From assembly GCA_965140575.1 (NCBI GenBank), contig OZ223261.1, forward strand, positions 391,243 through 455,242: 64,000 nucleotides of DNA. Direction: 5' to 3'. Positions 10,307-20,926 of the stretch are shown here, piece by piece. The position numbers were made by a program, and so were the translations under genes. The DNA comes from Sulfurovaceae bacterium. GTDB lineage: Bacteria > Campylobacterota > Campylobacteria > Campylobacterales > Sulfurovaceae. The number at the start of each line of letters is the position of its first letter. Position 1 is the stretch's first letter. The notes below the pieces were generated by a model that was not told the origin of the DNA, made no database searches, and was given only the letters and a program-made list of their open reading frames with translations.

Positions 10307-10383
10307 GCACCCATAGCTTAGCTGGATAGAGCATCGGTTTGCGGTACCGAAGGTCACAAGTTCGAATCTTGTTGGGTGTACCA
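10307..10383 (+). tRNA. tRNA-Arg, anticodon read as GCG
   Basis: Hand-folded cloverleaf. Acceptor GCACCCA/TGGGTGT (G1-U72), D arm GCTT-AGCTGGATA-GAGC, anticodon arm TCGGT-TTGCGGT-ACCGA, T arm ACAAG-TTCGAAT-CTTGT, encoded CCA. Backbone resembles bacterial tRNA-Arg. Confidence 0.85.
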
Positions 10384-10437
10384 CTCGGATTAATCAAAAA
10401 TATACTACAATAGTACAAATGAAACGGAGTTTGTACA

Positions 10438-11037
10438 ATGAACATACTACTAATCAACAAAAATCCTGTTGTTTCAAAAATGATCGAGATTGCATGCAAT
10501 GAATATGAAGCAAATCTTACCGAACAAAGTGATTTTGAACCTTACAATGACACGGAAGAATACCAATACATCCTCATAGACGACACAACACGCCCGATAG
10601 AAGATATCTTAGAAATTTTACCGAAAATAAAAGAGCACGCAAAAGTAGTTCTCATTACGAGTCAAAAAAGATTTGATAAATTACAAGGGAAGCCGGAAGT
10701 CTTTGATGATGTACTTATCAAACCTTTTTTACCGGGTCATGCCATAGATATATTTACAAAAGTTCCACAAGTTACGGAAGAAAATATGGCGCTTAAAATG
10801 GAAGATATCGATGAGATTAAAGAGTTGCTCAAAGATACTGATATCGACAAAAAAGATAAAAAGAAATTTTTAAAACAGAGTAAAAAAGCGGTAGACAATA
10901 TATTTGCAGCACATCAAGATGACCTTGAAAGAAAGATACTCAAAGCCATAAAAGAGATGAAACCAAAAAAACTCAAAAAGTTACTCAAGGATGCCAATAT
11001 CAAACTCTCTATCGACTTCAAAGAAGAGGACGAATAG
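10438..11037 (+). CDS. highly charged/acidic hypothetical protein with receiver-like N-terminal region
   Basis: 199 aa. Sits upstream of gmk-tatA-argS as in Campylobacter. Lys/Glu/Asp-rich C-terminal half. No phospho-acceptor motif verified. Confidence 0.6.
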   Translation: MNILLINKNPVVSKMIEIACNEYEANLTEQSDFEPYNDTEEYQYILIDDTTRPIEDILEILPKIKEHAKVVLITSQKRFDKLQGKPEVFDDVLIKPFLPGHAIDIFTKVPQVTEENMALKMEDIDEIKELLKDTDIDKKDKKKFLKQSKKAVDNIFAAHQDDLERKILKAIKEMKPKKLKKLLKDANIKLSIDFKEEDE

Positions 11038-11648
11038 TGGGCAAAGGAGCTATACTGGTACTCTCCGGTCCAAGTGGCGCGGGAAAAAGCACTATCATAC
11101 ATCAAGCCTCAAGACATATAGGAAGTTTCTATTTCTCCATATCGACAACCACTAGACCTCCAAGAGAAGGTGAATTGCATGGAAGGGAATACTTTTTTGT
11201 CTCCAAAGAGGAGTTTGAAAAAGATATCGAGAAGGGTTATTTTCTGGAGTATGCAAAAGTGCATGATAACTATTATGGCACCTCACTCAAACCTGTAAAC
11301 ACAGCTCTCCAAGAAGGAAAACTTGTGATATTTGATATAGATGTTCAAGGGCATAAACTCGTTCGAGAAAAACTTGACGATATCACTACAAGCGCGTTTA
11401 TCACACCCTCCTCGCTCGAAGAACTCCAAAGACGCCTCGAAGAGAGATCAACCGATGAAGAGGCAATCATTAAAAATAGAATCGAAAATGCCAAAAAGGA
11501 GATATTGATGATAAAAGAGTATGATTTTATCATCATAAATGACGATTTAAGCAAAGCTGTAAATGAGTTTATATCGATAGCAAACGCTGCTAGGCTCAAA
11601 AGATCCGCAGAAGATAAAAAAGATTTTTTACAAAAATGGCTTGCTTGA
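11037..11648 (+). CDS. gmk: guanylate kinase
   Basis: P-loop GPSGAGKST, TTRPPREGE, YFF motifs. GTG start overlapping the upstream stop. Confidence 0.95.
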   Translation: MGKGAILVLSGPSGAGKSTIIHQASRHIGSFYFSISTTTRPPREGELHGREYFFVSKEEFEKDIEKGYFLEYAKVHDNYYGTSLKPVNTALQEGKLVIFDIDVQGHKLVREKLDDITTSAFITPSSLEELQRRLEERSTDEEAIIKNRIENAKKEILMIKEYDFIIINDDLSKAVNEFISIANAARLKRSAEDKKDFLQKWLA

Positions 11649-11705
11649 GATTAAATAACTTTAAGTATAATTTCTACAGAATATAAATCATTACTAAGGA
11701 AATGA

Positions 11706-11921
11706 ATGATGCCAGGAACACAAGAACTTCTGATAATATTGGCAATAGTAGTACTTCTCTTTGGAGCAAAAAAGATACCTGATCTTGCAAAAGGTTTAGG
11801 ACAAGGCATAAAAAACTTTAAAAAAGCAGTAAAAGAAGATGAAGAAGATGCCGAGGTGCATGAGATTGCTTCAAAAGAGCCAAAAGAAGAAGAGGCAACA
11901 AAAGAGACAAAAGAGGCTTAA
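11706..11921 (+). CDS. tatA: twin-arginine translocase subunit TatA/E
   Basis: 71 aa. TM helix followed by [24 protein letters not shown] amphipathic helix. Confidence 0.9.
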   Translation: MMPGTQELLIILAIVVLLFGAKKIPDLAKGLGQGIKNFKKAVKEDEEDAEVHEIASKEPKEEEATKETKEA

Positions 11922-11977
11922 AATCCCCCACAAAAGCTCTTCTTCTGAGCTAAAGCCGTCACTACTGAAAGTAATAT

Positions 11978-13675
11978 ATGAAACTAAAATCAACCATCGA
12001 TAGTATAATATCCAAAGCACTTCTAGATGCAAACATTCCAAATCCAAATCTTAGTGTAACAAAGACGACCAAAAAAGAGTTTGGTGACTTTCAATACAAT
12101 GGCGCTATGGGGTTGGCAAAAAAACTCCAAACAAACCCAAGAGAGATAGCTACAAAGATTATCGCCAAGATAGACTCAACAGTGATCGAAAAAGTTGAGA
12201 TTGCCGGAGCCGGGTTTATCAACATTTGGCTCTCAAAAGAGTGGCTTGCCAAAGAGCTTGCCCTGATCATAAAAGATGAAAACCTTGGTATTCAAAAAGT
12301 AAAAAGCAAGAAAAATATCGTCGTAGATTATTCGGGTCCAAATATGGCAAAAGAGATGCATGTCGGACACCTTAGATCAACAATCATCGGAGATACGCTT
12401 GCAAATCTTCTTGAACTTCTAGGACACAATGTCATCAGACAAAATCACATAGGAGATTGGGGAACGCAATTTGGGATGCTCATCGCCTACCTCGAGGAGC
12501 TTGAATCAACAAACAGTATCAAAGAGAATCTAAAAGACCTTGAAGAGTTTTATAAACTCGCAAAAAAAAGATTTGATAGCGATGCAGCATTTGCTGATAA
12601 AGCTAGAGAACATGTAACTATGTTTCAAAGTGGCGATAAACATTGCTTAGAGCTTTGGAGGCGATTTATAGATATCTCTCTTGAGCATTGCGAGGAGGTT
12701 TATGAGAGACTTGAGATCAAACTCACAAGAGATGATGTCAAAGCAGAGAGCTCCTATAATGCCATGCTCCCCTCTGTTATAGAAAAGCTTGACAATAAGT
12801 CTCTTCTGAGCCTCAGCGAGGGAGCAAAATGTGTATTTTTGCCGCAAAATGAGATACCGCTCATCGTCCAAAAGAGTGATGGCGGTTACCTCTATGCAAC
12901 AACCGACCTTGCCGCACTTTGGTATAGAGATCAAGACCTTAAAGCCACTAGAGTCCTCTATGTTGTTGATGCAAGACAGGGCGAGCACTTCAAGCAGGTA
13001 TTTTGGGTTGCAAAAGCTGCCGATATGGTGCAAGAAGACGTCTCTTTGGAGCATATAGCTTTTGGGACGATGATGAACGAACAAGGCAAGCCTTTTAAGA
13101 CAAGAGACGGCGGAACATTTAAACTTATAGACCTTATCGATGAGGCGATAGTGCGAGCTAAAAATACTCTCAAAGACAAAGATGATACACAAGAGAGTAT
13201 CGAGCAAAAAGCGAAAATTATAGGGATCGGTGCTCTAAAATATGCTGATTTGAGTGTCAATAGAGAATCAAACTATATATTTAACTGGGATAGAATGCTA
13301 AGCTTTGAGGGCAATACTGCACTCTATATGCAGTATGCGTATGCGAGGATACAGAGTATCTTGAGAAGATATGATGGTCTTTTTGAAGGCGATATCAAAA
13401 TCGAGAGCGACATCGAACATGAACTCAGTGTTACACTGCTTGATTTTGAAGATGTACTCCATAAAAGCGCAAACGAGTGTATGCCAAGCTACATAACAAG
13501 CTATCTCTATGAGCTTGCGACTCTTTTTATGCGATTTTATGAACAAAGCCCCATACTCAAAGAGGGAGTTGAGCAAGAGACCAAGATAAGCAGGCTACTC
13601 CTCGCAAAAATAACAGCCGATACGATCAAACAAGGACTTGCAATCTTAGGTATAAAAACGCTCGAGAAGATCTAG
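11978..13675 (+). CDS. argS: arginine--tRNA ligase
   Basis: 565 aa. Class I HIGH-type motif MHVGHLRS. Typical ArgRS length and C-terminal anticodon-binding region. Confidence 0.95.
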   Translation: MKLKSTIDSIISKALLDANIPNPNLSVTKTTKKEFGDFQYNGAMGLAKKLQTNPREIATKIIAKIDSTVIEKVEIAGAGFINIWLSKEWLAKELALIIKDENLGIQKVKSKKNIVVDYSGPNMAKEMHVGHLRSTIIGDTLANLLELLGHNVIRQNHIGDWGTQFGMLIAYLEELESTNSIKENLKDLEEFYKLAKKRFDSDAAFADKAREHVTMFQSGDKHCLELWRRFIDISLEHCEEVYERLEIKLTRDDVKAESSYNAMLPSVIEKLDNKSLLSLSEGAKCVFLPQNEIPLIVQKSDGGYLYATTDLAALWYRDQDLKATRVLYVVDARQGEHFKQVFWVAKAADMVQEDVSLEHIAFGTMMNEQGKPFKTRDGGTFKLIDLIDEAIVRAKNTLKDKDDTQESIEQKAKIIGIGALKYADLSVNRESNYIFNWDRMLSFEGNTALYMQYAYARIQSILRRYDGLFEGDIKIESDIEHELSVTLLDFEDVLHKSANECMPSYITSYLYELATLFMRFYEQSPILKEGVEQETKISRLLLAKITADTIKQGLAILGIKTLEKI

Positions 13676-14025
13676 CTCTCTTTTTTTGATATCTCTGCTA
13701 AAAACTCTTCGAGAGAATATCTCTGTCGATATTGAGGCGTCATGATATGGATGAGTATATCTCCAAGATCGGTCACAATCCAATCATCACTCAAATCAGT
13801 AGATAAAAACTCTTCACCTTGCGGCTTGAGCTCATTTTTAAGATGATCAAAAAGTGCGCCCGTATGCTTGCCGCCTATTGAGTTGGCTATCACGACTCTT
13901 TTTGCTATATAGTCTGCATCACTCAAGTCAAACACCTCTATCTCCTCTGCCTTTTTACTATCGAGTAACGCAACGATGTTCTCGACTCTCTCATCTATAC
14001 TTAAAGTATCTTCTTTTTTTGTCAT
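13672..14025 (-). CDS. rsfS: ribosomal silencing factor RsfS
   Basis: 117 aa. DWIVTDLGDILIHIMTPQYRQRYSLEEF iojap-family signature. Overlaps nadD by 4 nt. Confidence 0.9.
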   Translation of the reverse strand: MTKKEDTLSIDERVENIVALLDSKKAEEIEVFDLSDADYIAKRVVIANSIGGKHTGALFDHLKNELKPQGEEFLSTDLSDDWIVTDLGDILIHIMTPQYRQRYSLEEFLAEISKKES

Positions 14026-14591
14026 ACTTTTTTCTTTCCTTTTTTATAGAGTTCTTCTACTTTTTTTACTATCTTCTTATCTACATACTGTAACTCTAAA
14101 TGCTCTCTTATCTGCGTTGAATTTACATCCATATCGGTATCTAAGAGCTTGTAAGAGTTTAGAAAACTCATATCAAACTCTCTTTTGCCACGCTTTGCGA
14201 TCACCCATGTAATCTCTGCATTAAGTTGATCAAAATCTTTCCACTGGCATAATCTCTCTAGATTATCAGCACCAATGATGATATAAGAGACATTATAACT
14301 TTTTTTAAAATGCCGAAAGCTCTCTATCGTGTATTGAATCTCTTCTCGTATCTCAAAATCATCTACGACCACACCATCGATTTTGCCAAAGAGATCGCGA
14401 CACATCTCAAGCCTCCCCTTAGCATCAACAACCGTTTTATCCTTAAAAGGATTGAGATATGCCGGTAAAACTATAAGTGCGTCTATATCTAATGTTTGAA
14501 GAGCTTTTTTGATTATCTCTTGATGCCCAATGTGTGGCGGATCAAAACTGCCGCCAAACAGCGCGACTTTCAAAGTGGTGCTTTTAACCAA
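14022..14591 (-). CDS. nadD: nicotinate-nucleotide adenylyltransferase
   Basis: ALFGGSFDPPHIGH nucleotidyltransferase motif. 189 aa. Confidence 0.9.
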   Translation of the reverse strand: MVKSTTLKVALFGGSFDPPHIGHQEIIKKALQTLDIDALIVLPAYLNPFKDKTVVDAKGRLEMCRDLFGKIDGVVVDDFEIREEIQYTIESFRHFKKSYNVSYIIIGADNLERLCQWKDFDQLNAEITWVIAKRGKREFDMSFLNSYKLLDTDMDVNSTQIREHLELQYVDKKIVKKVEELYKKGKKKV

Positions 14592-14663
14592 AAAATAACC
14601 TCATATAGTGTAGAATTACGAAATTCTATCATAAAGTAGCATAATATCAAAAGAAGAGGAAAT

Positions 14664-15659
14664 ATGGCAGTAAAAGTAGCAATAAACGGGCTTGGAAGAA
14701 TAGGAAAATGTGTAGCAAAGATTATTGCTGGCAGAGACGATATCGAGCTAGTAGCCATCAATGCCTCCATGAGTGAAGAGATGATAGAGTATGTCTTAAA
14801 ATATGATAGTGTTCACGGCAATTTTAAAGATGTTGCAGTAAAAGACGGCTATGTCAATATCGGTAAATCAAAAGCAAAACTACTGAGCGAAAGAGACCCT
14901 GCAAAACTTGACTTTGCTGCTCTTGGTGCTGAGGTTGTGCTCGAGTGTACCGGTGCATTTTTAACTAAAGAGAGTGTGCAGCCATATCTTGATAACGGTA
15001 TCCAAAAAGTTATCTTTTCTGCTCCTGCTAAAGATGATACGGCTACTTTTGTTCTCGGTGCAAACGAAGAGAGCTACAGCGGTGAGCGTATCATCTCAAA
15101 TGCAAGTTGTACTACAAACTGCCTTGCCCCTGTAGCCAAAGTACTCGATGATGCTTTTGGGATAGAAAAAGGGCTTATGACAACAATCCATAGCTATACA
15201 TCCTCGCAGCCTATCCTTGATGCTAAAGATAAAAAAGATCCAAGAAAAGCAAGAGCGGGAGCAACTAACCTTATCCCGACAACAACAGGTGCAGCAAAAG
15301 CTATAGGCAAAGTATTGCCAACACTCAATGGCAAACTCAATGGCCAATCCATTAGAGTGCCAACACCCAATGTTTCACTTGTTGATCTTACCGTAACATT
15401 AGATAAAACCGTAACGCTCCAAGAGGTTCAGGATGCTTTTATCGAAGCTTCTCAAGGAAAACTCAAGGGTATACTCGGTGTTGATACGGAAAAAAGGGTC
15501 TCAAGTGATTTTATCGGGGAACATCTCAGTAGTGTCGTTGCACTTGATACGCTACAAATCGTAGGTGAAAATATGCTCAAAGTCCTCTCGTGGTATGACA
15601 ATGAGTGGGGTTATTCATGCAGACTTGTAGATCTTGCTGTATTTGTTAGCAAAAAGTAA
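14664..15659 (+). CDS. gapA: glyceraldehyde-3-phosphate dehydrogenase
   Basis: INGLGRIGK NAD-binding motif and active-site SNASCTTNCLAP. Confidence 0.95.
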   Translation: MAVKVAINGLGRIGKCVAKIIAGRDDIELVAINASMSEEMIEYVLKYDSVHGNFKDVAVKDGYVNIGKSKAKLLSERDPAKLDFAALGAEVVLECTGAFLTKESVQPYLDNGIQKVIFSAPAKDDTATFVLGANEESYSGERIISNASCTTNCLAPVAKVLDDAFGIEKGLMTTIHSYTSSQPILDAKDKKDPRKARAGATNLIPTTTGAAKAIGKVLPTLNGKLNGQSIRVPTPNVSLVDLTVTLDKTVTLQEVQDAFIEASQGKLKGILGVDTEKRVSSDFIGEHLSSVVALDTLQIVGENMLKVLSWYDNEWGYSCRLVDLAVFVSKK

Positions 15660-15668
15660 GGGAGCTCT

Positions 15669-16862
15669 ATGCTTAAAACTATAAAAGATCTCGATATTGA
15701 CAATAAAATCGTCTTCATACGATGTGACTTTAATGTTCCTAAAGATGAGCAAGGTAACATCACCGATGATAGAAGGATACGAGAAGCACTCCCTACCATA
15801 CGCTATTGCTTAGATAGAGACTGTAGGGTCATTTTGGGTTCACACTATGAAAGACCGACTCCCGGAGTCTATGAGGATCGCTTTTCTCTCAAGCCTGTTA
15901 AAGTAAGATTGAGAAAGCTCTTGAAGCTTGCCGATGAGGTTATGATCGCTGAAGATGTAGTCGGAGAAGATGCGAAACAAAAAGTGAAAAATCTCAAAGC
16001 AGGTGAAGTTTTAATCTTGGAAAACTTGAGATTTGAAGCAGGCGAGACGAAAAATGATGAAGCTTTTGCCAAAAAACTTGCTTCATTTGCCGATATCTAT
16101 ATCAACGATGCATTTGGTGCTTGTCATAGAAAACATGCCTCTATCTATGCAATGGCACAGCAGTTTGCTCCTGAAAATAGAGGAGTGGGATTTCTGATGA
16201 ATAAGGAGATCAAATTTTTTAGCAAAGTGATAGAAAATCCTACGAGACCTTTTGTGGCAGTTGTGGGTGGTTCAAAAGTATCCGGAAAGCTCCAAGCACT
16301 TATCAATCTTGTTGAGAAAGTTGACAAAGTGATCATCGGTGGCGGTATGGCATTTACTTTCCTCAAAGCACTCGGGTATGAAATAGGAAAATCTATCGTT
16401 GAAGATGATCTCATAAATGACGCAAAAAAAATCATGGCAAGAGCGGAAGAGAGGGGAGTAAAATTTTATCTCCCTGTTGATCTTATCGTTGCTGATGAGT
16501 ATAGTCAAAATGCAACTATAAAATATCTTCCAAACCAAGAGATACCAAAAGGGTGGATGGGGCTCGATATAGGACCTGCAAGTACACGACTTTTTAGAGA
16601 AGCGATCGGGGATGCACAAACGATTATCTGGAATGGACCTATGGGCGTCTATGAGATGGACAAATTCTCCAAAGGGAGCATTATGATGTCGCATCATATA
16701 GCGCAAAGTAATGCCACGACTATAGTGGGTGGTGGTGATACTGCGGATGTTACTGCACGTGCCGGAGATATAGAGGAGATGAGCTTTGTTAGTACCGGTG
16801 GTGGCGCAAGCCTAGAGCTTATCGAAGGGAAAGTATTGCCCGGAGTCGAGGTTCTGAGATGA
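15669..16862 (+). CDS. pgk: phosphoglycerate kinase
   Basis: 397 aa. [15 protein letters not shown] and GGGDT motifs. Confidence 0.95.
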   Translation: MLKTIKDLDIDNKIVFIRCDFNVPKDEQGNITDDRRIREALPTIRYCLDRDCRVILGSHYERPTPGVYEDRFSLKPVKVRLRKLLKLADEVMIAEDVVGEDAKQKVKNLKAGEVLILENLRFEAGETKNDEAFAKKLASFADIYINDAFGACHRKHASIYAMAQQFAPENRGVGFLMNKEIKFFSKVIENPTRPFVAVVGGSKVSGKLQALINLVEKVDKVIIGGGMAFTFLKALGYEIGKSIVEDDLINDAKKIMARAEERGVKFYLPVDLIVADEYSQNATIKYLPNQEIPKGWMGLDIGPASTRLFREAIGDAQTIIWNGPMGVYEMDKFSKGSIMMSHHIAQSNATTIVGGGDTADVTARAGDIEEMSFVSTGGGASLELIEGKVLPGVEVLR

Positions 16863-17551
16863 TATTTGCAGCAAACTTCAAAACAAACCACACTAGAGTT
16901 TCTACCGGTGAGTATATTGAAGTATTGCTTTTGGAGACATCACTTTTAAAAGATGATGCCATCTATATCTTTCCGCCGACTAGCGCACTGCAAGCATCTA
17001 GGGAGCCTATAAAAATAGGTGTGCAAAATGCCTATATGACACAAAATGGGGCCTACACAGGTGAGATAGGCTTAGAACAGCTTGATGAGTTTGCAATACG
17101 CACTATCATTATCGGTCATAGTGAGCGCAGAGAGATTTTAGGTGAATCACAAGAGTTTATAGCAAAGAAGTTTCAATTTTTTAAAGAACATAATTTTGAG
17201 ATTATCTACTGTATCGGCGAGCCCCCCGAAGTCAGAGAGCGTGGCGATGGTGCTGTGTTGGAGTACCTCAGTGCACAATTTGAAGGTATTGATACAAATT
17301 ATGACAAAATCATGATAGCGTATGAGCCTATCTGGGCGATAGGAACAGGTAAAAGTGCTACTATAGATGAGATTAGCACAACTCATAATGCCCTTAGAGA
17401 ACTTACAAAAGCACCCCTGCTGTACGGCGGAAGTGTAAATAGTAACAATATACAGCAAATCGCAAAAATCGATAATGTTGATGGTGTGCTCGTTGGAAGT
17501 GCTTCACTCAATGCTAAAGATTTTCTAGAACTTATCTCTCTCTCCAAATAA
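16859..17551 (+). CDS. tpiA: triosephosphate isomerase
   Basis: [26 protein letters not shown] motifs. Overlaps pgk by 4 nt. Confidence 0.9.
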   Translation: MIFAANFKTNHTRVSTGEYIEVLLLETSLLKDDAIYIFPPTSALQASREPIKIGVQNAYMTQNGAYTGEIGLEQLDEFAIRTIIIGHSERREILGESQEFIAKKFQFFKEHNFEIIYCIGEPPEVRERGDGAVLEYLSAQFEGIDTNYDKIMIAYEPIWAIGTGKSATIDEISTTHNALRELTKAPLLYGGSVNSNNIQQIAKIDNVDGVLVGSASLNAKDFLELISLSK

Positions 17552-17616
17552 ACTCCTTTTTTTAATAAACTGCCTATTTTTTAATCATAATGAGCATAAA
17601 AAACTGTTTATTTTAT

Positions 17617-17625
17617 TGCTATACT
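17617..17625 (+). promoter_or_regulatory. extended -10 element TGcTATACT upstream of TorF-like OMP gene
   Basis: TGnTATACT lies 30 nt upstream of ATG 17655. AAGGAG RBS at 17646-17651. Confidence 0.35.
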
Positions 17626-17654
17626 GTGGGACATCAAAAAAATTCAAGGAGAAA

Positions 17655-18371
17655 ATGATGAAAAAAATATCTTTAGGTTTAGTTGCAGCAGCTGCGCTTA
17701 GTACAGTACTTTTCGCGGGGGGAGACATCGATCCGGTAGAGCCAATCGTAGAAGCTCCGGTAGCAAGCGAGTCTGGTCTTGAACTTAGTGCAAATGTTGC
17801 TTTAACATCAAATTATGTATGGAGAGGTATGACACAAACTGACAACTCTCCTGCGATTCAAGGCGGGTTTGACCTCGGTTACAAAGGTCTTTATGTAGGT
17901 GTTTGGGGTTCAAATGTTGAATTTGGTTCTACTTATGATGAGTCTATGGAACTTGATGTATATGCAGGATATGCAGGTGAAGCATTTGGTATCGGCTATG
18001 ATGTGGGTGTAATCGAATATGCTTATCCACATAATGGTGATGCACTTAATTTTGCTGAAGCTTACGTGGGTCTTAGCAAAGCATTCGGTGATTTTGAAAT
18101 GGGTGCAAAATATTATGCAGCTATCGATGTTCCAAGTGGGGCTGATAAACTTGACTACTGGCAAGTAGATACAAGCTATGCGTTGCCTATGGACTTTGGT
18201 ATCTCAGCTTCTTATGGTGATTATGAAGATACAGGAAGCAACTACATCGTTTCACTTTCAAAAGCATTCGATAAATTCGAAGTAAGCATTGCTTATACAG
18301 ACTTCAATGCTGATAGTGGATCTGCTGACGATCAAGACCATATCGTTGGAACAATAAGCGCTTCTTTCTAA
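17655..18371 (+). CDS. TorF-family small outer-membrane beta-barrel protein
   Basis: Signal peptide MMKKISLGLVAAAALSTVLFA. SNYVWRGMTQTDNSPAIQGGFD motif typical of the TorF/Gcw_chp family. Ends ...ISASF. ATG 17655 follows AAGGAG. Confidence 0.75.
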   Translation: MMKKISLGLVAAAALSTVLFAGGDIDPVEPIVEAPVASESGLELSANVALTSNYVWRGMTQTDNSPAIQGGFDLGYKGLYVGVWGSNVEFGSTYDESMELDVYAGYAGEAFGIGYDVGVIEYAYPHNGDALNFAEAYVGLSKAFGDFEMGAKYYAAIDVPSGADKLDYWQVDTSYALPMDFGISASYGDYEDTGSNYIVSLSKAFDKFEVSIAYTDFNADSGSADDQDHIVGTISASF

Positions 18372-18401
18372 ATAGAGATTCAAATAAAACTTCCTTTTAA
18401 A

Positions 18402-18426
18402 CCCCTCTCTTGAGGGGATTTTTGTT
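18402..18426 (+). terminator. rho-independent terminator
   Basis: CCCCTC-TCTT-GAGGGG hairpin followed by ATTTTTGTT. Confidence 0.7.
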
Positions 18427-18436
18427 ATAATTGCTT

Positions 18437-19396
18437 ATGACAAAACTGATTCTTAGAAAAGCCTTTTATCTCCTACTGATGCTTTTTCTTATCTCACTTA
18501 TATCTTTTTTTATGATTCATCTTGCACCCAATAGTTTTTTTAGTGCAGGCGTGCTCAACCCAAATATGACACCCGAATCAATCGAACACCTTAAACGAGT
18601 TTACGGTCTTGATAAGCCTCTCATTATTCAATATATCCTATGGCTCAAGTCAATTACTCTGCTAGATTTTGGAATCTCTTTTGCGAGTGGTTTAAATGTT
18701 ATGGATGAAATAAAATCAAGACTTGCTATCACATTGGGGATGAATATTGCAGCAATGGTTGTCATATTTTGGCTTGCTCTTTGGCTGGGAGTAAAAAGTG
18801 CTTTGGGGAGCGAAACAACCTCAAAAAGAATCAAACAACTCTCACTCCTAAGCTACTCCACCCCATCATTTTATCTTGCGCTCCTCTTTATACTTTTTCT
18901 TGCATACAAATTTGAACTCTTCCCAATAGGCGGGCTCAATGATTTTGAAGTCGAAGCAGGAACGCTGAGTTGGTATATCGATAGAGTCTATCATCTGACG
19001 CTTCCCGTGTCTGTTATGATCTTCGTGGGGTTTGGCTCTTTAACACTCTATATTCGCTCCCTTACGGTAGATATACTCAAGAGCGATTATATCTATTTTG
19101 CAAGATCAAGAGGGTTTGATAATGATGCGATTAGAAAGAGATATATCTACCCCAATCTTCTTCCGTTTATTATCACAATTTTAGGACTCTCTTTGCCTGG
19201 ACTTTTAGGTGGAAGTGTCATACTCGAGCAGATATTTGGGATTGACGGGATGGGACTTCTTTTTTATCAAAGTGCACTTAGTAGAGACTATCCCGTGATT
19301 ATGGGGATACTTATCATCGGAGCGTTCCTGACGCTCCTTGGAAATATAATAGCCGATCTATTGCTCTATAAGCTCAATCCTAATTTTAAAAAATAA
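18437..19396 (+). CDS. ABC transporter permease, OppB/DppB (peptide/nickel) family
   Basis: About 320 aa, 6 TM helices. N-terminal ISFFMIHLAPNSF and EAA-like loop YIYFARSRGF typical of the family. ATG 18437 preferred over TTG 18431. Confidence 0.85.
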   Translation: MTKLILRKAFYLLLMLFLISLISFFMIHLAPNSFFSAGVLNPNMTPESIEHLKRVYGLDKPLIIQYILWLKSITLLDFGISFASGLNVMDEIKSRLAITLGMNIAAMVVIFWLALWLGVKSALGSETTSKRIKQLSLLSYSTPSFYLALLFILFLAYKFELFPIGGLNDFEVEAGTLSWYIDRVYHLTLPVSVMIFVGFGSLTLYIRSLTVDILKSDYIYFARSRGFDNDAIRKRYIYPNLLPFIITILGLSLPGLLGGSVILEQIFGIDGMGLLFYQSALSRDYPVIMGILIIGAFLTLLGNIIADLLLYKLNPNFKK

Positions 19397-20536
19397 CTAC
19401 CTAAAGAGTTCTTCAAGCGCTGAAGTATCTTTTGTTTTTTGGACATCACCCGATTCACTAAACTCATTGACTCTACCCTCAACCTCTTCTAGTTCTATAG
19501 AGTAGCCTGTCAACATCGAAGCAAGCCGTATATTGATACCGCTTCTACCAATCGCTTTTGCTTTTTGATCTTGGGTGATAGAGACGATTGCTTTTTTATC
19601 CTCCACTTTGACATGTTGGACAATCGCCGGGCTCAATGCTCTCGTGATATACACTTCCGGGATGATAGAGTATTCGATGCAGTCGATATTTTCACCTATA
19701 AGCTCATTGCTTACGGCATTGATCCGTACACCTTTGACACCAACAGTTGCACCGATTGGGTCAATATTGGACTGATTGGATGTCAATGCTATCTTGGCTC
19801 TCTCTCCTGGGATTCTAGCACAACTGACAATCTCGACAGACTCATCTTCAATCTCAGGAACCTCTTTTCTAAGAAGCTCTTCTAGGAATTTTGGTGATGT
19901 TCTGCTCAGCTCAAGAGAAAGACCAAATTTTGGATCGATACTTACATATCTCAAAAGTGCCTTAATCGTATCACCCGCTTTAAACTTCTCACCTTTGATA
20001 CGGTTTCTAAGGCTCAAAATTCCACTCAACTCCCCTATCTCAACATAGGTATTATCTTCACTATCGAGTCTATTTACAACGCCGATTACTATCGTGCCGA
20101 CCATCTCTTTGTACTTATCCAAAATACTCTGCTCTATCATTCTTTGGATATGATACTCAAGCTCTTTAAAGAGATTTGCAGAAGCTGTTCTACCGTAATC
20201 TTCGAGGTTAAAATCACTCTTAAGCTGATCGCCAAGTTCAATCTCTTCATCATACTCTTTGGCTTCATTTAAGCTCATATAGCTTGCGGGCTCTTCTTCT
20301 AACCTTGGATCTCCCTCTTCAACAACAGTGACAACCTTAACAAGCGTATAATTTTTTGTATCATAATCTATCTTCGCTTCAAAAGTCGTATCCCTAGAAG
20401 TAAGTCTTTTTGCACTTTGAACCAACGCCTCTTTGAATGCATCAATGGCTTGTTGTTTTGTTATGCCTTTTTCGACAGCTATAGCTTCAACCGTATCTAA
20501 AATCTTTTCCAATATTTTTCCTTTTATTCCAAACAT
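19397..20536 (-). CDS. nusA: transcription termination/antitermination factor NusA
   Basis: N-terminal domain, S1 and two KH regions (GPIGATVGVKGVRINAV, GRSGINIRLASMLTG). Start uncertain: ATG 20536 or TTG 20512. Confidence 0.92.
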   Translation of the reverse strand: MFGIKGKILEKILDTVEAIAVEKGITKQQAIDAFKEALVQSAKRLTSRDTTFEAKIDYDTKNYTLVKVVTVVEEGDPRLEEEPASYMSLNEAKEYDEEIELGDQLKSDFNLEDYGRTASANLFKELEYHIQRMIEQSILDKYKEMVGTIVIGVVNRLDSEDNTYVEIGELSGILSLRNRIKGEKFKAGDTIKALLRYVSIDPKFGLSLELSRTSPKFLEELLRKEVPEIEDESVEIVSCARIPGERAKIALTSNQSNIDPIGATVGVKGVRINAVSNELIGENIDCIEYSIIPEVYITRALSPAIVQHVKVEDKKAIVSITQDQKAKAIGRSGINIRLASMLTGYSIELEEVEGRVNEFSESGDVQKTKDTSALEELFR

Positions 20537-20683
20537 AACAATCAAAAATGATTAACAACATTAAGAGAGCTTTTGGATTCTTATCTTTGAAGAATTGTAT
20601 TATAGCTAAACAAAACTTTACTGAAAATAAAGTATAATCCCCCTAGCATAGGAAGATAATTCCAAACAAAAAGGGAGAGCCAT

Positions 20684-20923
20684 ATGAAGCTTAAGCTAGC
20701 GAGAACAACACTCAAAGCGAAACCAAAAGTCGTAGATTTGAAAACTATAGAAGAAGAACTGGAAAATACATCAATATTTTATTTTGACAAAGAAAATTCA
20801 CACAAAGACCTCAAAGATGCCATAGAACACTTTGAAGAAAAAGGCTATAGCGTCTATCTTAGAGAGGTAAAATATGGACTTGATGAAGGGGAGTTTATAT
20901 ACGAAGTTCACATCATCCAATAA
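20684..20923 (+). CDS. small hypothetical protein
   Basis: 79-aa ORF with GGGAGAG RBS-like sequence upstream, immediately before miaB. No motif recognised. Confidence 0.5.
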   Translation: MKLKLARTTLKAKPKVVDLKTIEEELENTSIFYFDKENSHKDLKDAIEHFEEKGYSVYLREVKYGLDEGEFIYEVHIIQ

Positions 20924-20926
20924 CTT

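Noticed and set aside
9891-10499. 202-aa minus-strand ORF
   Set aside because: It runs antisense through the ubiA-family gene end, the tRNA-Arg gene and the start of the acidic protein gene. It has no motifs and is an ORF-caller artefact.
16272-16706. 144-aa minus-strand ORF
   Set aside because: It is antisense to pgk.
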